A stretch of DNA of 64,000 bases, from positions 1 through 64,000 of the forward strand of contig NZ_LSUQ01000005.1 of assembly GCF_001642725.1 (NCBI RefSeq), read 5' to 3'. The notes below the pieces were generated by a model that was not told the DNA's origin, searched no databases, and saw nothing but the letters and a program-made list of their open reading frames with translations. Position 1 is the stretch's first letter. Every line of letters starts with the position of its first letter. This stretch comes from Ferroacidibacillus organovorans. GTDB taxonomy: Bacteria; Bacillota; Bacilli; Alicyclobacillales; SLC66. Made by a program: the position numbers and the translations under genes. Below are positions 11,621 to 19,297 of the stretch, piece after piece.

Positions 11621-11662
11621 ATACCTTTAAGGGTATTATAATCTTGTCCTGTTTGGCGTCAA
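11621..11662 (-). promoter_or_regulatory. cstR promoter with operator 1
   Basis: Minus strand TTGACG-16-TATAAT; ATACC-tttaag-GGTAT (11621-11636) overlaps -10/+1. Confidence 0.7.
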
Positions 11663-11699
11663 TACGAAAAGATTGGAGAGAGGGGAGCACGCGTCTCAC

Positions 11700-11729
11700 T
11701 TGACATATATACCCCGATAGGTATATAAA
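11700..11729 (+). promoter_or_regulatory. Rhodanese-tauE promoter with operator 2
   Basis: TTGACA-18-TATAAA; TATATACC-ccgata-GGTATATA fills the spacer. Confidence 0.75.
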
Positions 11730-11767
11730 TACCCTATCTCGTAGATGTGATAGAGGGGGTACGTTCA

Positions 11768-12148
11768 TTGAATTATACATGGTTGATCTTGGTTTTGGTG
11801 ATTGTGGCCTATTTTTTTTGGAGCCGTAAACGTGGTTCCGGAGTTTCACAAATCAGTTCTGCAACCTTGCAGGAAAGATTAAAGAGTGATGCTTCATCTC
11901 TGGAGATCGTGGATGTGCGTGAGCCTTCTGAGTTTAAAAGTGGGCACATTGCAAAGGCGAGAAATATCCCTCTTGGAACATTGGATCGGATGCTAGCTGA
12001 AATCCCGAAGGATAAAGATGTCGTATTTGTATGCAGGAGTGGTGCGCGCAGTTCCATGGCGGCGCGTAAAGCACAAAAGGGTGGATTGAAAGCGATTTAT
12101 AATCTGACCGGCGGTATGTCCAGTTGGAGCGGTCCTGTAAAAAAATAG
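11768..12148 (+). CDS. Membrane-anchored single-domain rhodanese
   Basis: N-terminal TM helix, DVREP.EF..GHI..A.NIPL, active loop CRSGARS; TTG start behind GAGGGGGT. Confidence 0.92.
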   Translation: MNYTWLILVLVIVAYFFWSRKRGSGVSQISSATLQERLKSDASSLEIVDVREPSEFKSGHIAKARNIPLGTLDRMLAEIPKDKDVVFVCRSGARSSMAARKAQKGGLKAIYNLTGGMSSWSGPVKK

Positions 12149-12196
12149 TGTAAGCAAAGACAAGTCTTTCATCTTGAATGTCTTGAGTGAATCTGA

Positions 12197-13000
12197 ATGG
12201 ATGGGGTGATGGCCATACTTACGGTCTCGCAGACAATTCTCGCTATTGTATCCGGCGGTGTGGTCGGTTTTACATTAGGCTTACTTGGTGGCGGTGGCTC
12301 CATTCTTGCGGTTCCACTGCTACTCTACGTCGTTGGGTTACGTGACCCGCACGTGGTGATTGGAAGCACTGCGCTCGCAGTCTCTGTAAATGCATATATC
12401 AACCTGATTTCGCACGCACGCAAGAAGAATGTATGGTGGAAGCCGGCGATCGTCTTTTCGCTTCCCGGGATTGCCGGTGCATATCTAGGGACAGTTTTGG
12501 GAAAATTGGTTCCAGATAAGCAGCTTCTTTTTTTGTTTGCAATTCTCATGATAGTGATAGCGGTCCTTATGCTTCGTCCTAAAAAAGCAACATCTGGACA
12601 AACGTTTGACAGAAGCAACATTCGCTGGCTGAGAATTATCATCGCAGGGCTGTTGGTCGGACTTTTGTCAGGGTTCTTTGGCATTGGCGGCGGGTTCTTG
12701 ATTGTTCCTGGATTGATCTTTAGTACCGGGATGCCCATGATTCTGGCGATTGGCAGTTCACTCTTCTCTGTCGGGACGTTCGGATTAACGACAGCGATCA
12801 GTTATGCAGTATCTGGGTTGATCGATTGGTGGGTCGTGCTCATGTATGTTGTCGGGGGAATCGTTGGTGGCGTATTTGGGTCGTGGGCAGCTACAAAATT
12901 GAGTGCAAAACGCAAGACCCTAAATTATATCTTCTCGTCGATTATCATCGTTGTGGCAATCTACATGCTAATCATCAACTTCCAAGCCATGCATTTATAG
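12197..13000 (+). CDS. TauE/SafE family sulfite/sulfur-compound exporter
   Basis: Repeated 'GLLGGGGSILAVP' / 'GFFGIGGGFLIVP' motifs, ~8 TM. Confidence 0.93.
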   Translation: MDGVMAILTVSQTILAIVSGGVVGFTLGLLGGGGSILAVPLLLYVVGLRDPHVVIGSTALAVSVNAYINLISHARKKNVWWKPAIVFSLPGIAGAYLGTVLGKLVPDKQLLFLFAILMIVIAVLMLRPKKATSGQTFDRSNIRWLRIIIAGLLVGLLSGFFGIGGGFLIVPGLIFSTGMPMILAIGSSLFSVGTFGLTTAISYAVSGLIDWWVVLMYVVGGIVGGVFGSWAATKLSAKRKTLNYIFSSIIIVVAIYMLIINFQAMHL

Positions 13001-13021
13001 AAAACAATGGTTGTTTCTCGG

Positions 13022-13066
13022 TTGACATGGAGGATGACATCATCGTACTATACCCTCTATGGTATA
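13022..13066 (+). promoter_or_regulatory. dsrE-tusA operon promoter with operator 3
   Basis: TTGACA-18-TACTAT; TATACC-ctctat-GGTATA (13049-13066) over -10/+1. Confidence 0.7.
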
Positions 13067-13149
13067 CGCCGTTGGCGTAGCTCAGGAGAAGGCGTAAGGG
13101 TTGAACTCTGCGCCATCTCAAACTTAATTCATTTATTGGAGGGAAATCG

Positions 13150-13545
13150 ATGGCGAAGCGCGTGGCGATTATCGCATCAAACGGTGGGCTAGAGGCTGCC
13201 TACAAAGTCTTAAACATTGCTACGGCGGCAGCGGCCACCGATGCGGAAGTTGGAATTTTTTTTACGTTTGAAGGATTGTCGATCATTCACAAACAATCCG
13301 AAACAATGCTCAAGCTTCGTCCTGAGAATGAGCACTTTTCGGAAGGGTTTAAACGCGCGAATGTCCCGACGGTAAGCGAATTACTCGAAATTGCGCAGGA
13401 CAGCGGTGTAAAAATGATTGCTTGTCAGATGACCGTAGATGTTATGGGTTTAAGTAAAGACGATTTTATCGATGGAATTGAAGTGGGCGGAGCGGTCGCC
13501 TTTTTGGATTTCGCCTACGATGCAGACGTGTCAGTGACATTTTAA
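13150..13545 (+). CDS. DsrE/DrsE_2 family sulfur carrier (YrkE-like)
   Basis: 'IFFTFEGL', 'GVKMIACQMT.DVMG', 'GG.VAFL'. Confidence 0.9.
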   Translation: MAKRVAIIASNGGLEAAYKVLNIATAAAATDAEVGIFFTFEGLSIIHKQSETMLKLRPENEHFSEGFKRANVPTVSELLEIAQDSGVKMIACQMTVDVMGLSKDDFIDGIEVGGAVAFLDFAYDADVSVTF

Positions 13546-13567
13546 GGTTAAAGGGGGAGCATCGAAA

Positions 13568-14146
13568 GTGACGCAGCAACTTGTTAATTTGACAATTGAT
13601 TGCAAAGGGCTTTCGTGCCCAATGCCCATAGTAAAAACGAAAAAGGCGATTGATCAAGTGAGTCCTGGCCAAGTGTTGGAAGTGCTCGCAACTGATCCAG
13701 GTTCGGTTGCTGATATCAAGAGTTGGGCGACGCGCACGGGACATCAGTTTATTGGAACAACGAAAGATGGAAATGTTTTCAAACACTACATCCGTCGGAC
13801 CGATCCGAACGAGGTGAGGCCAGAGAGTCGGCACGCGGACGTGATCAGCAATGAGGAACTCCAAGCATTGCTATCTCAAAATCCGGTGATTCTGGACGTT
13901 CGTGAACCCATGGAGTATACTTTTGGACATATTCCTGGAGCGAAACATGTGCCTCTGGGACAACTCGAAGAGGAACTTGAATCACTTCGCAACTTTGCCG
14001 ATCAAGTGATCCATGTTGTGTGTCGAAGCGGCAATCGTAGTGATACGGCGTGTCAAATTCTATCCGAGCACGGCTTTCCACATGTGAAAAATGTAGTGCC
14101 TGGCATGTCTGAGTGGACTTTTGATCTCGAACAAAGTCAGTCGTAA
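13568..14146 (+). CDS. TusA-rhodanese fusion sulfurtransferase (YrkF-like)
   Basis: 'DCKGLSCPMP', 'ATDPGS..DI..W' then rhodanese 'DVREP.EY..GHIPGA', CRSGNRS. Confidence 0.93.
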   Translation: MTQQLVNLTIDCKGLSCPMPIVKTKKAIDQVSPGQVLEVLATDPGSVADIKSWATRTGHQFIGTTKDGNVFKHYIRRTDPNEVRPESRHADVISNEELQALLSQNPVILDVREPMEYTFGHIPGAKHVPLGQLEEELESLRNFADQVIHVVCRSGNRSDTACQILSEHGFPHVKNVVPGMSEWTFDLEQSQS

Positions 14147-14255
14147 TTTGGATGATGTAGAAAACCTGCCTGTTGTGCGAGTTTTCTACATCGTGCATCG
14201 CTGTGCTGGGAACGATAGGATTGAGATCAGACGGTTTGAGAGAGAGGGTATGAAG

Positions 14256-14573
14256 ATGGCGACGACTGCAATTACAGACGCAACGTTTCGTGATTTTATC
14301 AATTCGGATAAACCTGTCTTGGTTGATTTTTGGGCAACGTGGTGTGGTCCCTGCAAGATGATGGCTCCTGTTCTTGAAGAGGTGTCCCATGAGTATGCCG
14401 CTAAACTCAAAGTTGGTAAGCTCGATGTTGACCAGAACCCACAGATGTCACAGCAATACCGTATTATGAGCATTCCAACGATCATCGTGTTTCAACAAGG
14501 TAAGCCGGTAAAGCAAATCGTAGGATTTGTACCCAAAGCTCAATTGATCTCTCAATTGACTGGGATCATTTGA
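14256..14573 (+). CDS. trxA: Thioredoxin
   Basis: VLVDFWATWCGPCKM, SIPT; start ATG 14256 (or 14250). Confidence 0.95.
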   Translation: MATTAITDATFRDFINSDKPVLVDFWATWCGPCKMMAPVLEEVSHEYAAKLKVGKLDVDQNPQMSQQYRIMSIPTIIVFQQGKPVKQIVGFVPKAQLISQLTGII

Positions 14574-14642
14574 TCTCGGAAAAATCGTTGCGGGTGCGCG
14601 CCGAGCGAATGCGAGAAAATACGTCGCAATGGAGAGTGCTCC

Positions 14643-14987
14643 GTGAAGACAAGACACATCGTCTATTTTATCGCGCGCAGCGAGCGCGTCCCGCAAGTTT
14701 TAAAGGATGCGCTGCAGAGAATCTCAACACACGAGATTGACCTTTTCTTTGATTTGGATGGAACGCATGCGCTGGATAAGCGGTATGCGAATCATCTTTC
14801 CAAGGAACTGGGCATTGATCTTTTGGCACTGTTCGAACAGGCGATTCAAGCGGGCATCCATTTATACGCATGCCAAATGAATGTCATGAATTCTTGTCAC
14901 CTTCACTGTATCGATGGTGTTGAACCGGCTGGTGTGGTCACATTTCTTGAATGCGCATACCGAGCTGACGCTGTCTTCAGCTATTGA
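14643..14987 (+). CDS. DsrE-like protein (second paralog, Cys-rich)
   Basis: 'LFFDLDG', 'GIHLYACQMN', 'GVEPAGVVTFL' align with the 13150 protein. Confidence 0.8.
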   Translation: MKTRHIVYFIARSERVPQVLKDALQRISTHEIDLFFDLDGTHALDKRYANHLSKELGIDLLALFEQAIQAGIHLYACQMNVMNSCHLHCIDGVEPAGVVTFLECAYRADAVFSY

Positions 14988-14997
14988 GGTGATCGCG

Positions 14998-15369
14998 TTG
15001 GAATCTAAAAAAGTGGTACTCTTCGTTTTACATAGTGAATTAGAGTCTGCGTATCCACCGTTGAATATTGCGGTCGGCGCTGTTTCGTCGGGTGCTGAAG
15101 TGATTTTGGCATTTGGGCGAGACGGAGTCGATATCTTGCGCTCTGACTATATACCGATTCCCTCGAAAGGAGGCGCCTATCTCGCGAATGGTCTTTATGA
15201 TTTTGGCGCGCCGAGCATTATGGAGCTCTTAGAGATTGCGTCAGAGATGGGCGTTCGTTTTGTTGTCATTGATGAAGACCACGTTCCGACGAAGTGGTTG
15301 ATTGAGCGAAAGGAACTCCGCTGGATCCTCAATGAATCGGCAGATGCGGATCTTTTTGTCCACTTTTAG
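14998..15369 (+). CDS. DsrE-like protein (third paralog, no cysteine)
   Basis: 'AYPPLNIA.GA...GAEV.L.F...G', 'PSI.ELLEIA.EMGV' align with the 13150 protein; TTG behind GAGGTGA. Confidence 0.78.
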   Translation: MESKKVVLFVLHSELESAYPPLNIAVGAVSSGAEVILAFGRDGVDILRSDYIPIPSKGGAYLANGLYDFGAPSIMELLEIASEMGVRFVVIDEDHVPTKWLIERKELRWILNESADADLFVHF

Positions 15370-15806
15370 GATGAACGTGACGTCCGAAACTGCTGTCCAA
15401 TCGAGCTCCCAAACCAAGCCCCAAACAAGCCGAGAAAAATTCCCCACACAACGGTTATCGCGAGGAGAATGAATCCCGCGGCACTGCCAATTCCCATGAT
15501 GTCTGTAATGGTGTTCGCGGCCTTCATTAGCGGTCCCGTGATCGCGTCAAATGCAAGTTGCCCGCCCCATGAACAAGCTCCTATTAAAAGCCCTGAGAGT
15601 AATGCGTCCCGTCGATAAACGGTAACGAATCCGAGCATTGCGCTAATCACCCAGGTACCGTACCATAATCCGGTTCGGAGTGTGACGAGGCTAAGAATCA
15701 TTCCGATAAGTGTGAGAATGACAATACGACGCATCTGCTTCGTTCGCAACGCACGTTGCGAGGAATAGGAATCGATATAAGCGTGTGAATATTTTATACG
15801 TGTCAA
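15366..15806 (-). CDS. Hypothetical membrane protein downstream of acylase gene
   Basis: About four hydrophobic Gly-rich helices; start uncertain. Confidence 0.65.
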   Translation of the reverse strand: MTRIKYSHAYIDSYSSQRALRTKQMRRIVILTLIGMILSLVTLRTGLWYGTWVISAMLGFVTVYRRDALLSGLLIGACSWGGQLAFDAITGPLMKAANTITDIMGIGSAAGFILLAITVVWGIFLGLFGAWFGSSIGQQFRTSRSS

Positions 15807-15835
15807 ACCCTTCCGTTTAGGATATTAAACGAAAA

Positions 15836-18318
15836 TCAGGTTGTGGGTATCAACTTCCACGTCATTGTCGCAGGAGAATGGATGACTTGGTTTCGTGAAA
15901 GCATAGGTTCATACAATCCATTCCACCACGGAGGAAGGAAGTTTTCATACCAAGGAGAGAGTGGATTTTCACTCTGTCCACCGGGATAAATACCATATCC
16001 TTGGTCACTCGCCAGATTCATCACGAATCGCCAACTCGGGCCAGCTGTTGCATTTGGAAATCCATCAGCTGCGTCAACGGTCCAGCTGTCGCCGCTACCG
16101 GGGCGTGGCCCATAGCCTAATGAGGCTACCTGTGTTAACGAGGGGACTGCGCGAAAATGTATGCGACCCCACGTCCAAGAAGAAACGGGTCCTGCCAAGT
16201 GGCTGTGGAGTGTGGAGACCGCTTGTAAAAACGAGATTTTCATAACCTGTGCGGAATCCCTTTTCGTACTTCCCGGAGGTGAGAACGCTGCGTTGGTTGG
16301 TTCATCGTCCAGAATTGCAGATCCTCGTCTAATGGAGCATTCCCGGGAGTTATCGCCAGATTGGCATCGGCATTCACGTTGACGTGATCCACTTTCCACC
16401 AAGGGGAAAACGTGTTTTTCAGATAATCTGTCCAAAATGTCCACCAGAGTGTTGCGGCCGCGGAGTTCACACTCATGTGATCATTCCAGCGCGACAAGAT
16501 CATTCGCGCTTGAGCAGGTTGTGACGGGAGATTGGTTCCGTTTAGGGTATGAAGCAGAATCGGTACAATCTGTTCTGCCAGAATGTCTCTCGTGTCATTT
16601 TGGAGGGTTTCCATGTCTTTGACGGTGAGATGCTTCGCGTTATGTAGTGTTTTATAGATTTCGTCTGCCCGATACCCATTCGAGAAAAAATCGGCGGACG
16701 TACCGATATAGTAGGGATAGTTTGCACTGACGACGCGTTGATTGGCTGAAAAGACGATTCCGCTTGGCGGGTTGTAAACGTGGGGGATATCTTGATAAGG
16801 AATTGTTCCAACAATCTTTGCAGTTCCGTTCCCAGGGAGGGGTAGCCAAGGATCTGGAGTGTTTACAATTGGATAGTATCCGGCAGAAATCATGCCGATG
16901 TTTCCGGCACGGTCTGCATAGACGAAATTTTGGGTGGGGGCATGCCAGTTGCGCAAGGCGGATTGGAAATCGGGAAAATTTTTGGCGCGCACCACATCAA
17001 GCATACTTTGAAGATCAGGGCTTGGGAGATTACCCATCCAATCGACAGCTAGAGTCATTCCGGATTGTGTAAGCACAGGCCCTTGTTTTGCAATTTGCAC
17101 GATGAGCGATACGGGTGCTTTTCCTTTGACGGGTATTTGATAGCGCACGCGCTGAAATGGAATGTATCGATTTTTATAAAGATATTGGCCAGGATACTTT
17201 GGATTGGTGTACTCGTGGTAAAAAAATGTTGATTGATTCTGTACATCGGTCAGGCTCCAGCTTATGGAGCGATTGTGACCAATGAGAATGATTGGAAGGC
17301 CGGGAACACTCACCCCGCTAAAATGAAAACTTGGTGATGACCCGCTAACTTGGTACCAAATGGAGGGGAGTGTCAGATTGAGGTGAGGATCGCCCGCCAT
17401 GAGTGGCTTTCCGGAAGCTGTACGGAATCCCGAGACTGCCCAATTGTTGCTGTTTGAGTAAGTGTGAATAAGCCCTTTTGGTAATTGTTCGAATTCATGC
17501 GCCAAAACGTTTGCGGCGTGCGCCTCGCCCACTGTGACAGACTGCTCAAAGGATATGGGAACGGCGGCGGCGTGCGTGTAGGGACCTGGATCGTATGGGT
17601 GTTGCACTGTTTTTGCGATAACAGGAAACCAATCCATCGCGCGTTTGTATCCTAATGCGTGAACAAGGATCGCATAATCGATCGGCGTTGTCGAAAAATC
17701 GAGTGTTTGAGTCATATCTCCCTGAATGACCAAGGAGTCAACGGGCGTCCACGGCGCAGGTGTGTAATTGAGCAGTTTGAACATCGTGGGAAGTTGATGT
17801 GTCTTCTCGTCAAATGATATTCGTGCATTGACACCTTTAGAGAATGCGGTCAACGCTTGATGCGCAGTACTGGAAGCCGGCGTCGTGAGCCATTCTTTGA
17901 CGGCTGTACGACTGATTCCTAACGTGTCTTCAAATTGATCGGAAGGAAGTGTGTCTTGCCCAACAACTTGAGAGAGTAACCCCTCACCTTGCCGTCTCAT
18001 CAGATCCATTTGAAAGAGTCGAAATGTAGCCTGAAGGTAGCCCATTGCAAAAAAAAGATCCGCGTTCGTTTTCGCATCGATGTATGCGCTTCCGTTTGCG
18101 GTAAACGAGATTTGTGCGGGTTGCTGTAAGCCGGCAAGAGCAATGGAGCGATTTCGAGGCAGTAAGGCGCCGGCAACTATGGTAAAAACACCGGTGGAGG
18201 GGTTTAATAAAGTGCCTAGAGGAGGCAATGACCCCATTCCTGTTGCGCTAACATCAAGAATGGCTAAGCTAAAGAGAGAAGAAAGGGTAAGATTAAGAGT
18301 TTTACGCCATTTCATCAA
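15836..18318 (-). pseudogene. Penicillin acylase family (Ntn-hydrolase) gene split by one frameshift near 16292-16302
   Basis: 'GY.QA..RLFQMDL.RR', beta-chain start SNNWAV, 'GDPHL' in ORF 16240-18318; C-terminal 'WTWG..H', 'GPSWRFVM', 'PGGQSENP.SPWY' in another frame (15836-~16300). Confidence 0.85.
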
Positions 18319-18390
18319 AAGTAGCGCACCTCCATGGTGCGGATCGCATCACACGGGGTGCAATCCAACACGTTTCTTGAATGGTTATTG

Positions 18391-18981
18391 TCAATATGCA
18401 CTCATCATTGCCTCAAGGTGGCGTTTTCGATCAGGCCACTCCTCATCAATGATGCTGTAATAAACGGTGTCCCGTATATATCCGTCGTGTAAGATGCGAT
18501 GCTTGCGAAGAATGCCCTCTTTTGTTGCGCCAATTCGCGCAATCGCCTGCTGAGAGCGCACATTGCGCGCGTCCGTTTTCAGTTGGACCCGAACCATCCC
18601 TAATGTCTCAAAACCGTGTCTGAGGAGGAGGTATTTACACTCTGTATTAATCGCGGTGCGCCAAACGCGCGGAGCGAGCCATGTCCAGCCGATCTCGACG
18701 TGACGATTTGCTGCGGAGTAGTCCAAATAACGCGTACTACCGATCAGTTGATTTGTGGCATGCTCCCGTATCGCGTAGGGAAAATCAATGCCCTCGCGTT
18801 TGTCAATCAACGCACGTTCTACAATTTCGGCCATGTCTTCCTTTGTGTGAACAGACGAAGGGAGATAAGTCCAAATTTGTTCATCTTGGCATGTGAGAAA
18901 AAGTTCATCTATGTGTTCTTCACGGAGTGGGATGAGCGTCACTTGGCGTCCGGTTAATTCGGGTAGGTTAAGCATGTTCAT
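18391..18981 (-). CDS. GNAT family N-acetyltransferase (RimJ/RimL type)
   Basis: 'IGSTRY', 'EIGWTWL', 'NTECKYLLL..FE', 'N.RSQ.AI.RIGA..EG.LR'. Confidence 0.92.
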   Translation of the reverse strand: MNMLNLPELTGRQVTLIPLREEHIDELFLTCQDEQIWTYLPSSVHTKEDMAEIVERALIDKREGIDFPYAIREHATNQLIGSTRYLDYSAANRHVEIGWTWLAPRVWRTAINTECKYLLLRHGFETLGMVRVQLKTDARNVRSQQAIARIGATKEGILRKHRILHDGYIRDTVYYSIIDEEWPDRKRHLEAMMSAY

Positions 18982-19077
18982 CTTCCTTTTGAAATTCTCT
19001 ATAAGGTTAATGAGTGGATAAGAAGAGCTTGCGTACCCATCATACTAGAATTCACAGATGAAACATAGCTGTCACAT

Positions 19078-19097
19078 TTCCGAAAATGTTTTCGGAA
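19078..19097. promoter_or_regulatory. LacI-type operator O1
   Basis: TTCCGAAAA-tg-TTTTCGGAA palindrome upstream of operon encoding a LacI repressor. Confidence 0.7.
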
Positions 19098-19133
19098 CGT
19101 TAAATAGATGAAAAAAGTTTTTTGTTCAATCTA

Positions 19134-19162
19134 TTGAAACATGTAAGCGATTACTTTATGAT
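19134..19162 (+). promoter_or_regulatory. SigA promoter with cre (CcpA) site in spacer
   Basis: TTGAAA-17-TATGAT; TGTAAGCGATTACT at 19142-19155 resembles cre consensus TGWAANCGNTNWCA. Confidence 0.72.
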
Positions 19163-19250
19163 GATCGCATAGGAAACTTCTATATTTTCACGGGATAGTG
19201 TTAGGTTTGTTCACGATTCCTAAAATATAGAGGTAGAAACGTTGGTGGAA

Positions 19251-19266
19251 CCGAAATCCTTTTCGG
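19251..19266. promoter_or_regulatory. LacI-type operator O2
   Basis: CCGAAAtcctTTTCGG, same arms and length as O1 core CCGAAAatgtTTTCGG. Confidence 0.6.
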
Positions 19267-19297
19267 TCGATTGTCAATTCACAAGGGGGGTCAAAGA

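Noticed and set aside
14985..14997. TGA read-through (selenocysteine) extending or fusing DsrE-2
   Set aside because: The TGA is at the normal DsrE C-terminus, DsrE-3 is in another frame and has its own SD and TTG
15836..16444. 202-aa ORF as an independent gene
   Set aside because: Its first ~45 residues are the off-frame overlap; the rest is the acylase C-terminus
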